A stretch of DNA of 38,579 bases, taken from assembly GCA_023422735.1 (NCBI GenBank), contig JAFAGL010000124.1, forward strand, positions 1 through 38,579, in the 5' to 3' direction. The notes under the pieces are model-generated. The model had not been told where the DNA came from. It did not search any database and was given only the letters and a program-made list of their open reading frames with translations. Numbering within the stretch: position 1 is the stretch's first letter; each line of letters starts with the position of its first letter. A program made the position numbers and the translations under genes. The stretch comes from Pseudomonadota bacterium (GTDB taxonomy: Bacteria; Pseudomonadota; Alphaproteobacteria; Rhizobiales; Rhizobiaceae). This document shows positions 9,042 through 19,273 of this stretch, piece by piece.

Positions 9042-9927
9042 GGGGACAGGCGCTGCCGCGCCTCTCCGTGCCACGGAGAGCACTCGAAAGAAGCGCGACA
9101 AGGGAAGCTTCCCGACCTTTATCTGGCCGGTGATCGTCTTTTATGCCTTGTTCTTTGGATATCCTCTGGGCCGCATCTTCTGGCAGAGCGTCACTGACAA
9201 CGGAACGTTCACGCTCGCGGGTTTTGAGATATTCCTGGAAGAACCCGCCTATTGGGCGGTTCTCGCCTATACCGGCATCCTCGGTCTCATTACACTTTCC
9301 ATCACACTTTTCTGCGGCTATGCGGTCGCCTACTGGTTGACGAAGCTGCAGAAAAATTGGGCCATCATGATGATGGCCTTCGTTCTAGTTCCCTTCTGGT
9401 CGTCCGGTCTCGTGTGCACCTATGCGTGGCTCGTCATACTGGGTCGGCGGGGGATCGTGAACACAACTCTCACGGATTGGGGACTGATAGATACCCCGAT
9501 TGCCTTTATTGGCACGCATACGGCTGTGATCTTCGCTCTCGCCTACTATCTGCTGCCGTACATGATCCTGTCTATCTATTCGGTGATGAATGGCATCGAC
9601 CGCAATCTAACGCTCGGTGCCCAAAATCTGGGGGCAAGCCCATGGGCGTCGTTCCGGCACGTATTCTTTCCTTTGACGCGTCCAGGAATTCTTGCCGGCT
9701 GCTATATCGTCTTCATGCTGGGTATCGGCATGTATATCACGCCGGCGATGCTGGGTGGTCCCGATCAAACGACGTTGCCACTTATGATCGCCATTCAGAT
9801 CAACGAGGCGATGGACTGGACGTTTGCCGCTACCTTGTCCGTAATCCTGCTGCTGGTCACCGGCGCGTTGCAACTGGGGGCCAACCGTTTTCTCGATTTT
9901 GAACGTCTTTGGGGAGGGGCAAGATGA
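9016..9927 (+). CDS. PotB-like ABC permease
   Basis: LVPFWSS.LV.TYAW..ILGRRG.VN, LPYMIL.IYS.M..ID..L..GA..LGA EAA-like loop, ITPAMLGG. Confidence 0.88.
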   Translation: MASSVSSVKGTGAAAPLRATESTRKKRDKGSFPTFIWPVIVFYALFFGYPLGRIFWQSVTDNGTFTLAGFEIFLEEPAYWAVLAYTGILGLITLSITLFCGYAVAYWLTKLQKNWAIMMMAFVLVPFWSSGLVCTYAWLVILGRRGIVNTTLTDWGLIDTPIAFIGTHTAVIFALAYYLLPYMILSIYSVMNGIDRNLTLGAQNLGASPWASFRHVFFPLTRPGILAGCYIVFMLGIGMYITPAMLGGPDQTTLPLMIAIQINEAMDWTFAATLSVILLLVTGALQLGANRFLDFERLWGGAR

Positions 9928-10538
9928 CAAGAGGCAAAAGGTTCGACGTGGCGTCCGTGGCGCTCACCGCATTCTCCTGCATTGTACTCGGCATCCTGAT
10001 AGCACCGATCCTGATCATCTTTGCGGTTTCCTTCAACCCCACGGAGATGTTGAGCTTCCCGCCAACCTCGCTTTCGCTGCGATGGTACGAGGCCTATCTC
10101 AACGATCCGATTTGGATGAAGGCGACCCGGATCAGCGTCGTGGTGGCTTTCTTCACTGCTATACTGTCGTTGATCATCGGATTTGCGATCTCCGTTGCGC
10201 TTGTCCGGTATCGCTTCTTCGGAAAGACGGCATTGCGTATTCTGGTGATGAGCCCACCGATACTCCCCAAGATCATTATCGCGGTAGGTCTGTATTTTCT
10301 CTATGTGAGACTGCGCATCCTCGGCACTACCGGAGCATTGGTCGCGGCGCATTCGATCATCGCCATCCCCTACGTGGTTATGATCCTCACAGCGTCGCTC
10401 TACAGCTTCGACCGTCGCCTGGAATGGGCCGCTCGTTCTCTCGGATCTCCGCCGCTGAAAGCTCTCTGGCTGGTGACAATCCCGAACCTCAAGCCGGCGA
10501 TCTTTGGCGGAGGTCTGTTAAAGCCCCATCAATGTTGA
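9924..10538 (+). pseudogene. PotC-like ABC permease, 3'-truncated
   Basis: SFPP..LSLRWY, LEWAARSLGS loop and PNLKPAIFGG, then an abrupt end (LLKPHQC*). The last TM helices (SFDE region) are missing. Confidence 0.8.
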
Positions 10539-10547
10539 CCCGCCAAG

Positions 10548-10592
10548 AAAACTATGTATCTCTAAAAAGAACATAGTTTCTCAATAAGAAAC
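10548..10592 (+). promoter_or_regulatory. IclR-type operator site 1 (extended, degenerate array) upstream of TRAP-1
   Basis: AAAAC-TAT-GTATC-N7-AGAAC-ATA-GTTTC-TCAATAA-GAAAC, just downstream of a TTGACC -35-like hexamer at 10535. Confidence 0.7.
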
Positions 10593-10611
10593 TTATCTTT
10601 GGGGGGAGATC

Positions 10612-11637
10612 ATGCAGGTACTTCGCGCGACTATAATTTTCGGCGCTATTGCTTTGGCTTGGGCGCCACATACCCCCGCACTAGCCCAATCTTCGGTTTC
10701 CCTGCGCGTAGGCGATGTCTACCCGCAGGGTCACTATATGGCCGAGGCGTTGGTGAAGCCCTGGATGGAAGAAGTTCAGGCACGGCTCGGCGATCGCGTA
10801 AGCCTGAGTTATTTTCCAGCTTCGCAGCTCGGAAAGGGACCGGACTTCCTGTCACTGACGCAGAGTGGTGTCGTCGATGTGGGTGTGATTGTGCCACCGT
10901 TGGTGCCGGAAAAGTTTCCGCTTTCGGCCGTGGCAGAGCTGCCCGGATCTTTCACCGAAGGCTGCCAGGGAACTCGCGCTTTTTGGAAACTGGCGCGTGA
11001 AGGCATTCTGAGGGACGAAGAATTCGAGCCTAATGGCATTCACCTGCTGCTGGCTCTCGTCCTGCCTCCGTATCAGCTCTTCAGCACCAAACCCGTAAGC
11101 GAGATCGGCGGTTTCGAGGGGCAGAAGCTTTATGCGACGGGCGGCGCAAAGGATCTTGCCGTGCGTGCAGTGAGAGCAGTGCCGATCCGTGTCGGCACGA
11201 GCGAGCTTTACGAGTCGCTTTCACGTGGCACCATCGACGGTGGGCTCATGGGCTATGGCACGGCATTATCCTACCGCGCGACTGAATATGCGAAGTTTGC
11301 GACCAAGGGAGAAAACTTCGGTAGCGGCGTCATCACCTATGGGATCAGCCTCGACAAGTGGAAATCCTTGCCCGAGGACGTCCGCACGGCCATGGACGAG
11401 GCGGGGGAGAAGGCTACTCAAGCCGCCTGCGCGAAGATCGACGCATCCGTTCCTGCGGACATGAAAAAGATGGAGGACGGCGGCGTCACACTGGTGGCTC
11501 TGCCGGATGGTGACCGTGCCAAGGTTGATGGCGCGCTTGCAGGCGTTGCCAAGCAATGGGCGGAGGAACTCGACAGCCGAGGCCGAAAGGGCACCGCAGT
11601 GCTGGACGCCTTCCGCACACAATTAGCGCACAAGTGA
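10612..11637 (+). CDS. dctP: TRAP substrate-binding protein DctP (copy 1)
   Basis: Signal peptide, FPASQLGK...G.VD, ELP, ELYESLSRGTIDG, W.SLPED. The canonical Arg is replaced (KLYATGG). Confidence 0.9.
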   Translation: MQVLRATIIFGAIALAWAPHTPALAQSSVSLRVGDVYPQGHYMAEALVKPWMEEVQARLGDRVSLSYFPASQLGKGPDFLSLTQSGVVDVGVIVPPLVPEKFPLSAVAELPGSFTEGCQGTRAFWKLAREGILRDEEFEPNGIHLLLALVLPPYQLFSTKPVSEIGGFEGQKLYATGGAKDLAVRAVRAVPIRVGTSELYESLSRGTIDGGLMGYGTALSYRATEYAKFATKGENFGSGVITYGISLDKWKSLPEDVRTAMDEAGEKATQAACAKIDASVPADMKKMEDGGVTLVALPDGDRAKVDGALAGVAKQWAEELDSRGRKGTAVLDAFRTQLAHK

Positions 11638-11647
11638 GGACAGGCAG

Positions 11648-12673
11648 ATGAAATCAATCCTGCTTGCAAGCACCATGGCCCTTCTCGCCCCATGTGCGTT
11701 TACCGCTGCCTCGGCACAGGAAAGCATGACCCTTCGCGTTGCAGATCACTACGCCCCTAGCTCGCTGACCCGGCAGTACACCATCCAATACTTCATGGAT
11801 AAGGTGCAGGAGCGGGCCGGCGGGCGCGTTACGTTTCAGTATTTTCCAGCCGAGCAGTTGGGTAAGGCCCGCGACATGCTGACACTGACCCAGCAGCGCG
11901 TTGCGGATATCGGCCTGGTCGCCCCATCCTATGCACCTGAAAAGATGCCGCTATCGGCGGTTGCCGAATTGCCCGGGACCTATTCGAATTCATGCGAGGG
12001 CATGGCGGCCTATTGGAAGGTCGCGCATGAAGGACCGATCGCCGAGCGGGACTTCAAGGCCAACGGCATCAGGCCGCTGATCGTCTTCATGTTGGCACCC
12101 TATCAAATCGTCACAAAGAACCCGATTTCGCATGTCACAGAACTCGCGGGCCTGAAGCTGCGCTCGGGCGGCACAGCCCAGGACCAGACGATCACGGCGC
12201 TTGGCGCGGTTCCGGTTCGAATGAGCGGCGTCGAAGTCTACGAGTCACTAAGCCGTGGTACACTCGACGGTGCAGTGTTCCCGTTGCAGGCGATGATCGA
12301 TTTTCGGCTGTCCGAAGTACTCAAGGCAACGACGAAGGGCGCGAATTTCGGCGGTTTTGCAACCACTTATTCGATATCCGACGCAGCGTGGGAAAGCCTT
12401 CCGGAAGACCTGAAGCCAATCTTCCTCGAGGTTGCGGATGATACGATGCGTCATGCGTGCGAGGCTCTCGACGCCGACGATCGCGGCGAGGCCATCGACC
12501 GCCTGCAGGCTGCGGGCGTGTCCAGCGTCGAGCTTTCGCCCGACCTCTCCAAGGAGGTCACGGCAAAGCTCGAGAATGTCAGCCGCCAGTGGGCTGAAGG
12601 AATGGACCGTCAGGGAATGCCCGGCACGCAGATCTTGGGCAGCTACCTCTCAGCCCTTGGCAAGGGCGGCTGA
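11648..12673 (+). CDS. dctP: TRAP substrate-binding protein DctP (copy 2)
   Basis: FPAEQLGK, GLKLRSGG, EVYESLSRGTLDG, WESLPEDL. Clear paralog of copy 1. Confidence 0.9.
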   Translation: MKSILLASTMALLAPCAFTAASAQESMTLRVADHYAPSSLTRQYTIQYFMDKVQERAGGRVTFQYFPAEQLGKARDMLTLTQQRVADIGLVAPSYAPEKMPLSAVAELPGTYSNSCEGMAAYWKVAHEGPIAERDFKANGIRPLIVFMLAPYQIVTKNPISHVTELAGLKLRSGGTAQDQTITALGAVPVRMSGVEVYESLSRGTLDGAVFPLQAMIDFRLSEVLKATTKGANFGGFATTYSISDAAWESLPEDLKPIFLEVADDTMRHACEALDADDRGEAIDRLQAAGVSSVELSPDLSKEVTAKLENVSRQWAEGMDRQGMPGTQILGSYLSALGKGG

Positions 12674-12683
12674 GCTTCGCGAC

Positions 12684-13250
12684 ATGACTCTGATCAAGTT
12701 CAACCGTGCAGTCGCGGCGATCGAGGAATTCCTGCTGAAACTAGCAGGGGCGGCGACCCTCATCATTATGATGATCGTTTCGGCCGACGTGTTCATGCGT
12801 TATTTAATGCATCGCCCGTTCAGCTGGTCATACGACCTCATCGGACTCAATCTGGTTCCGCTGGCCTTCTTCCTGGCGCTGTCCGCCACGTTCAGCCGAA
12901 ACACTCATATTTCGGTTGACATTCTATACCTTCGCTTCGCCGATCACTGGCAGCGGGTCGTTCGGATGGCGATTGCCATTTTGACTTTGCCGATGGCTGC
13001 CTGGATCGTCTGGCTCTCTGCCATCGACGCAGAACAGAGATGGGCTAAAAACGAAATCATCGCCGGCGTGGTTCGATGGCCGACCTGGATACCCGCCGCC
13101 ATCGTCACGGTCGGTTTCTTTATGCTCGCCCTGCGACTTGCGCTCGACCTGATCGCGCTAGTCCGAGCGTTGGTTGCGAACGATCCTGCCACGCCGGGCG
13201 AATCCGTTGAACGAACCCGTTCAGGTCATCGGGAGGTCGAGCCGCTATGA
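12684..13250 (+). CDS. dctQ: TRAP small permease DctQ
   Basis: Four TM segments, DVFMRY, HISVDILY and WP.W motifs. Start at ATG 12684. Confidence 0.88.
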   Translation: MTLIKFNRAVAAIEEFLLKLAGAATLIIMMIVSADVFMRYLMHRPFSWSYDLIGLNLVPLAFFLALSATFSRNTHISVDILYLRFADHWQRVVRMAIAILTLPMAAWIVWLSAIDAEQRWAKNEIIAGVVRWPTWIPAAIVTVGFFMLALRLALDLIALVRALVANDPATPGESVERTRSGHREVEPL

Positions 13251-14533
13251 CTGCGCTTCTCGGTACCTTGGCCCTCTTCGCCCTGCTCGCCATCGGCATG
13301 CCGGTCGGGTTCGCCATGCTTATTGCGGGGGCCTTCGGGCTCTGGCTGTTCGGCGGAACGGGGTTGCTGGTCGGCTACCTGTCGACGACCCCTCTGGCCT
13401 CGGCCTCGTCGTTTGAGCTCATCACTGTGCCGATGTTCATCCTGATGGCGGAGTTCGTCATCCTGTCGGGGGTCGCGAACTCGCTCTTCGCCGCAGCTGC
13501 CACGTGGGTCGGCCGCACACGGGGCGGACTGGGCATCGCCACTGCGATCGCCGGTGCAGGCTTCGGTGCAATCTGCGGATCGAGTACTGCGTCGGCGGCC
13601 ACACTTTCGGCGACCAGCGTCCCAGCAATGCTCGAGCGGGGCTACGAGCCTAAGATGGCGACGGGTGTCGTCGCCATTTCCGGCACGCTGGCGATGCTGA
13701 TCCCGCCATCGATCGCGCTTGTCCTTTATGCGATCATCGCAGACCAGAATATCGGCGACCTTCTGATCGGCGGCGTGGTGCCGGGGATTGTCGTTACGAT
13801 TGCAATCGCGCTGACCGTCTATCTGCTTGCGTTGCGGCGGCCGGCATCCGCTCCGCGCGGTCCCGCCTACACGATGGGCGAGAAATTCGCCTCGCTGAAG
13901 GTTGCCGGACCTGTCCTCCTGCTCTTCATTGCGGTCACTGGTGTCATCTACATGGGTGTCGCGACGCCGACCGAGGCGTCGGCGCTGGGTGCGCTTGGGG
14001 CCCTCCTGATATGCCTTGCATACGGCAAACTGTCGTTTGCCGCGGTCACACAGGCAGTAACTCGCGCCGCTGCAACGACCTGTATGATCTTCCTAATCCT
14101 GATGGGTGCGAAGTTCTTCGGATACTTCTTTACGCTGACCCAGGTTACGCAAGACCTGATCGGCTTTGTCGACACACAGGGGCTTTCGCCAACGCTTGTG
14201 CTGCTGTTCGTGCTGGCCCTCTATTTCGTACTGGGTTGCTTTATGGATCAGGCGGCGATCCTGATCCTGACGGTTCCAGTCTTGCTGCCATTGATGGTGT
14301 CGCTCGGCTACGATCCTGTGTGGTTCGGTGTGGTGGTCATCGTCATGGCCGAAATCGGTCTCGTCACTCCACCGCTCGGCCTGAACGCTTTCGTCGTAGC
14401 CAAGTACACCAAACGTCCGCTTGGCGAAGTCTTCTCTGGGCTCTGGCCGCACATCTTCGCGCATCTGTTCGTCGTCGCGATGCTTTGCCTCTTCCCGCAA
14501 CTGGTGCTCTGGCTGCCGGGCCAGATGCGCTAA
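13247..14533 (+). CDS. dctM: TRAP large permease DctM
   Basis: VPMFILM, GAICGSS.A, GTLAMLIPPS, TPTEA, DPVWFG and EIGLVTPPLGLN motifs. Confidence 0.95.
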   Translation: MTALLGTLALFALLAIGMPVGFAMLIAGAFGLWLFGGTGLLVGYLSTTPLASASSFELITVPMFILMAEFVILSGVANSLFAAAATWVGRTRGGLGIATAIAGAGFGAICGSSTASAATLSATSVPAMLERGYEPKMATGVVAISGTLAMLIPPSIALVLYAIIADQNIGDLLIGGVVPGIVVTIAIALTVYLLALRRPASAPRGPAYTMGEKFASLKVAGPVLLLFIAVTGVIYMGVATPTEASALGALGALLICLAYGKLSFAAVTQAVTRAAATTCMIFLILMGAKFFGYFFTLTQVTQDLIGFVDTQGLSPTLVLLFVLALYFVLGCFMDQAAILILTVPVLLPLMVSLGYDPVWFGVVVIVMAEIGLVTPPLGLNAFVVAKYTKRPLGEVFSGLWPHIFAHLFVVAMLCLFPQLVLWLPGQMR

Positions 14534-14583
14534 GCGGCTCGCGGGATGGTGTCTTTGCCGAACAAGTGGTCAGGAGAGGTCTG

Positions 14584-15372
14584 GTGAAGTCGCTCGACTC
14601 AGCGATGCGGGTGCTGATGACTTTCATGGCTGATCAAAAAAGCCTTGGCGTGATGGAGCTTGCAGAGCAGGTGAACCTGCCCAAGAGCCAGGTCTCTAAG
14701 ATCCTCGCCACGCTGCGAAATCACGGCCTGGTCGTGCAGGATGCTAACACCCGGCGCTATGCGGTCGGCATGCGCGCCTTTGCCTTGGGCGCGCGGTTCG
14801 TCAACTTCGATCCGCTGACGCGAGAGGCACTGCCGGTCATGCACGGGATCGTGCGCGATTCGGGACACAGCGCGCGCCTCTCGGTACGTGACGGCGACGA
14901 AATCCTCTACCTGATCGGCGTCGAAGGCCCCCAATTCTTCGATACCGGTTTTCGTGCAGGACGATGGCTTCCTTGGCACGGCTCGTCGGCGGGTCACATT
15001 CTCATGGGATATGTCCCCGACGGCGATCTCGACCGAATGCTTGGGTCGCGTCAGCTTGACCCTGTGACGCCCTTCACGACGGTCGATCCGGTCGCCTTGC
15101 GAAAGACGATCCATGCCTCGCATGCACGTGGCTACGATGTTCAGCGCAACGAGACGACGGTGGGGATCGCGACGATCGCGGTGCCCATCATCGGAAGCGA
15201 CGGTGACGCCATCGGCGCGCTCAGCCTCGTCTTCCCCGAACAGCATCTGCGCGCCGAGGACGAGCACACCCATGCTGCCCACTTGCATCAGGGCGCGCGC
15301 ACGATCTCGGTCCGGATGGGCAGCATGTCCTATCCGTTCGGCGCCGTGGAGGGTCGGCAGGGCACAAAATGA
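14584..15372 (+). CDS. IclR-family transcriptional regulator (copy 1)
   Basis: GTG start after GGAGAGG. HTH LGVMELAEQVNLPKSQVSKILATL, effector domain PWHGSSAG...RGY...E...G.ATIAVPI. Confidence 0.92.
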   Translation: MKSLDSAMRVLMTFMADQKSLGVMELAEQVNLPKSQVSKILATLRNHGLVVQDANTRRYAVGMRAFALGARFVNFDPLTREALPVMHGIVRDSGHSARLSVRDGDEILYLIGVEGPQFFDTGFRAGRWLPWHGSSAGHILMGYVPDGDLDRMLGSRQLDPVTPFTTVDPVALRKTIHASHARGYDVQRNETTVGIATIAVPIIGSDGDAIGALSLVFPEQHLRAEDEHTHAAHLHQGARTISVRMGSMSYPFGAVEGRQGTK

Positions 15373-15417
15373 CTTTGGCCCGCCTTACGAATTTTAGTCG
15401 AGAAGAGGAGGACTACT

Positions 15418-15816
15418 GTGGACAACGAGGCAACGGAAGCCGTGGAAAAGGGCAAGGCTCATTTCATGGAGACATTGGGCAATCTGCCCGAACCAATTCG
15501 CGCCATGATGCAATATCTGCCGCACCATTTCGACGGCTACCTACGGTTTCGCGAAGCCGTCTACCGCACGCCCGACATGGGCGCTCACCTCGACACCAAA
15601 ACTAAGGAACTGCTTTACACGCTGCTGGATATCGTCACGGGCAATCTCGACGGTGCCAAAAACCATGGTCGCGCTGCGTGGAAGGCTGGCATGACCAGCG
15701 GCGAACTCGCCGAGGGCTGCATGGTCGTAATGCATGTCTGCGGCGTTACTACCTGGGGCAAGACGGGCTACCACGTGGTGGATTACATCGCGGAGTTGGA
15801 GAAGTCAGGCGCATAG
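15418..15816 (+). CDS. Carboxymuconolactone decarboxylase (CMD/AhpD-fold) family protein
   Basis: LDTKTKELL.......H...A.KAG.T..EL.E pattern, no CxxC, GAGGAG RBS. Confidence 0.8.
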   Translation: MDNEATEAVEKGKAHFMETLGNLPEPIRAMMQYLPHHFDGYLRFREAVYRTPDMGAHLDTKTKELLYTLLDIVTGNLDGAKNHGRAAWKAGMTSGELAEGCMVVMHVCGVTTWGKTGYHVVDYIAELEKSGA

Positions 15817-15850
15817 CGGACCGCGCGATGGTCGGGCTCTCCGAGGAGGC

Positions 15851-15882
15851 AGCTAGTCCGACGGAACATCGTCGGACTAGCT
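15851..15882. terminator. Perfect 13-bp hairpin between convergent genes
   Basis: AGCTAGTCCGACG-GAACAT-CGTCGGACTAGCT. No strong U-tract, so terminator function is inferred from position. Confidence 0.6.
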
Positions 15883-15920
15883 TCCGAGCGGTCGACCCGC
15901 CCGCCCGGAATGATCGGTTC

Positions 15921-16921
15921 TTACCGATCCAAGGCCGTGCGGACTTTGCCGAGCGCCTCGACGACATCAGCGCCGCGGGCACTAGCCCATTGGTCCCAGT
16001 AAGCGACCATATCTGCCTGCATGCGGGCTATCTCTTCGGCCGACGCCGGGTGGACGGTCACACCGCCTTCCTGCATCTTCTGGAGAATTTCGCCTTCCTC
16101 TTTGTCAGTCTGCTCGGACGCCGCAGCCTCTCCTCGGAGAAAATGCGCGTTACCTTCTCGGCATTTTCAGCGCCGACACTCTCAAGGAACCCGTCATTCT
16201 TAATAATGTACGTGTTCGAGTAGCTGAGCGGTATCTGGTAGGTCGACTTGAGATAGTCTCGCAGTGCCCACCCGCCGCCGCCTGCAGCGGTGGCAATACC
16301 GTCTACCATCCCCCGATCGAGAGCCGTGGCCGTCTCATTGAATTGGATTGTCATCGGCGAGCCACCGGCCTTTTCGACAAACGCGCCGATTACCTCGGAA
16401 CCCACGCGTATTTTCTTGCCGGCCAGGCTTGCAAGGGATGTCAGGTCGTCCTGACGTCCCCACACGACGATTGGCGGGAACCGAAAATCGCCAAGCACCT
16501 TCACGCCGTATCGCTCATAGGACGCTTCCAGATATGGCCGTACGATCGCGTGCGCCTTTTTGTATTCGTCGACCGTCCTGATCAAGCCGGGCAGGCGCAG
16601 GATGCCGCCGACTGGCACCGTGCCCGTGAACGACTGATCGTCCGCGACCGGCAGTACATCGTCGCTAACCGACTGGGTAATGTCGTTTGTCTGAATCTGG
16701 AGCTGGCCGCCCAGGAACAGCTTGAACTGCACGTCCCCACCGGTTTCCTTGTCTATTCGATCGATGGCGGCTTTCATGCCTCTGACCGCACCGTTCTCAA
16801 CGGGATTTCCCGTGTAGATCCGATACTCAGCGCTAAGCGCCGACAGCGACGACGCAGTCAGCGCAGCCGCGGCAAGCGTGACCAGCGACATCGTCGCCAG
16901 TACATTCCCTGACGCTTTCAT
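15921..16921 (-). pseudogene. dctP: TRAP DctP (copy 3), frameshifted at ~16130
   Basis: GKKIRV and ETATALDRGMVDG. After IFSEE the natural tail continues in another frame (EAAASEQTDKEEGEILQKMQEGGVTV...YWDQWASARG...VRTALDR*, stop 15921-15923). Confidence 0.85.
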
Positions 16922-16989
16922 TTTCTCTCTCCCATCTCGTTTTGACCGACTTTAAACTTCACCACACCTCAAACTGGATCACGAAAACC

Positions 16990-17403
16990 ATGACCAACGC
17001 TCCGAATGTCCAGGGTTTCAGCGACGAAGCGGCGATCAACCGCCTTCTGATCGCCTATTGCCTGACCGCCGACATCACCGACCACACAGCACGAGCAGCG
17101 CTTTTTGCGCAGGATGGCCGGCTCTTCACGCCTGCAGGCGATGCAGCCGGCCGTGCGGACATCGAAGCACTTCTGGCTCGGCTGATGCCGCCTGGAGCGC
17201 CGCCCCGGCAGCATTTGATGAGCAACGTTCTGATTGACCTCGACGGAGATGCCGCAACATCCAGTTCCTATGTCACAGTGCTGCGCAAAGGCCCCGCCGG
17301 CGTTGGCGTGTCGTTTGCGGGGCGCAACCGGGATGAACTGGTCCGGGTGAGCGGGGTATGGATGATACGCTCCAGGACCATTACCGACGCCTTTGCTGAC
17401 TGA
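16990..17403 (+). CDS. SnoaL-like / NTF2-superfamily protein
   Basis: AINRLL..YC...D......ALFAQDG, GRADI, HLMSNV.IDLDGD.A, G...DELVR..G.W.IRSR pattern. Confidence 0.8.
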   Translation: MTNAPNVQGFSDEAAINRLLIAYCLTADITDHTARAALFAQDGRLFTPAGDAAGRADIEALLARLMPPGAPPRQHLMSNVLIDLDGDAATSSSYVTVLRKGPAGVGVSFAGRNRDELVRVSGVWMIRSRTITDAFAD

Positions 17404-17425
17404 CGCGACGAGTCCACACTTTTCT

Positions 17426-18717
17426 TCACATCTGAGCCGGCAGCCAAAGCGCCATGTCCGGCCAGATCACCATCCAGATTGCCAGAACGAGCATGATGAA
17501 GAAAAACGGGATCGCGCCCATGACCACATCGACATACTGCCCGCGCGCGATGCCCTGAATGACGAACAGGTTGAGGCCCGTCGGTGGATGGATCTGCGCC
17601 ATTTCGATAAAGACGACGAGGAGAATACCGAACCAGACGGGGTCAATGCCGCGTGGCGCAAGCATCGGATAAATGATCGGGACAGTCAGCACGATCATGC
17701 CGAGGCTTTCGACCATGCAGCCCAGTACGATGTAGAAGGCAAACAGCAGCAGGATGAACTGCCAGCGCTCTAGGTCGAGACCAACGATGAAGTTGGTCAT
17801 GGCGGTGCCGACGCCGCCGAAGCTTAACGTATGGGAGAAAACATAGGCCGAGAAGACCAAAAACAGGATGCTGCCCGATGTAAGGACGGTCCGGCGGATT
17901 GTGGCTAGAAACGACGCCATGGTGAATGCGCCGAACATGACCGACAGCACAATAGCCAGCGCCGAGCCAACAGCCGCGGCCTCGGTCGCGTCGCCCAGCC
18001 CGCATACATGCTCCACATGACGATGAACGTCAGCGCCAACACCGGAAACACGTCGATCAGCGCATCCACGACTCCCCACTGCTTTTTGCTCCCTGTTGCC
18101 GAGGTGCGACATTGGGGTCCCGGATTGCGCGATAAGCGATATAGGCCATGAACACCAGGGTCAGAATGATGCCGGGCAGCATGCCCGCCATGAAGAGCTT
18201 TGCCAGAGACGTCTCGGTGAAGGTCGCGTAAATCACCATTGCCAGGCTCGGGGGTAACAGAATGCCAAGCGTGCCGCCGGCGGCGATTGATCCGGTGGAC
18301 AGCCGCGTGTCGTATCCACGCTCCTGCAATTGCGGCAGTTCGGCTGCGCCTATGGCGGCCGCGGTTGTGATGCTGGAGCCGGCAATGGCGCCGAACACTG
18401 CGCATCCGGCCATGCTCGTCTGTAGGAGGCCACCCGGGAGCGCTGCCAGCAGCTTAGAAAGTCCTCGGAAAACGCGTTTGATCAGTCCGCTGCTGTCGAG
18501 AAGTTCGGCTATCAGAACGAAGAGCGGTATGGCCGTCAGGGTGAAACTGTTGAGGTTGGCCCAACTGACCACGCCCAGTGCCTTGAAAGCATTTACCGCC
18601 GGGGATCCAGAGGTAAGCAAGTGCTGGCAGGAGAATGGCGTAGGGGATTGGCATGCCCCAGGCGAGCAGGCCAAGAAACAGAACGAAGGTGAGGATCAGT
18701 CCGATCTCGACTCCCAT
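17426..18717 (-). pseudogene. dctM: TRAP DctM (system 2), three frameshifts (~18597, ~18095, ~17990)
   Basis: Consecutive DctM segments lie in different frames: MGVEIG..., AIPLFVL...GTLGILLPPS, DVFPVLAL...MYAGWAT, TEAAAVG...DPVWFG...HPPTGLNLFV. Confidence 0.88.
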
Positions 18718-19241
18718 CACGCATCTCCGCTTGGACGCGACCGCAGGAGGACTACGATAGACCGTGCAAATGCATAGAGAAGCAACGCCGCTCCAATCGG
18801 CATGACGACGCGCGGTATCCAGAGCGGTGTGCCGACGACTGTCTGCGAGCGTTCACCAAACTTGTAGGTGTTGAAGCCGAAGCGAGTCAGATACCAGACC
18901 AACAAGGCTATTGCGCCGAATGCCAGAACGTTGAACAGGATGTCGAGACGCCAGTTCGCGAGGTCTGATAGCCGGTTACGGATGACATCGACGTGATAAA
19001 GCGCGCCCACCAGCTGGCAGGCCGCCATGCTCATGAAGAAGCTTCCGACCAACAGGTAACCGGAGAACTCGTCGACCATATCGAACGAGACGTGGAAGAT
19101 GTTGCGGGCTGCGAGCCCGAACATGATCAGTACCATGATCGCGACAAGCAGCAGTCCGGACAACCACAGGCTTATCTGCCCAACGACGCCGAGACGCCGA
19201 TTTTCCTCGTAAACACCCTGCTCGACCGATCCATCCGACAT
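18717..19241 (-). CDS. dctQ: TRAP DctQ (system 2)
   Basis: Four TMs, DEFSGYL, HVDV and TPLWIP motifs. Confidence 0.85.
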   Translation of the reverse strand: MSDGSVEQGVYEENRRLGVVGQISLWLSGLLLVAIMVLIMFGLAARNIFHVSFDMVDEFSGYLLVGSFFMSMAACQLVGALYHVDVIRNRLSDLANWRLDILFNVLAFGAIALLVWYLTRFGFNTYKFGERSQTVVGTPLWIPRVVMPIGAALLLYAFARSIVVLLRSRPSGDA

Positions 19242-19273
19242 TCCAGCTTCCCCTAAGAACGTCTGTAATCATC

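Noticed and set aside
8064..9101. 345-aa antisense ORF (similarly 33048-33878, 36678-37541, 14599-15288)
   Set aside because: Shadow ORFs opposite well-supported genes in GC-rich DNA, with no recognisable motifs.
14011..14583. Long N-terminal extension of IclR-1 (453-aa ORF)
   Set aside because: It overlaps dctM in another frame. GTG 14584 has an RBS and aligns with the start of IclR-2 (MKSL).
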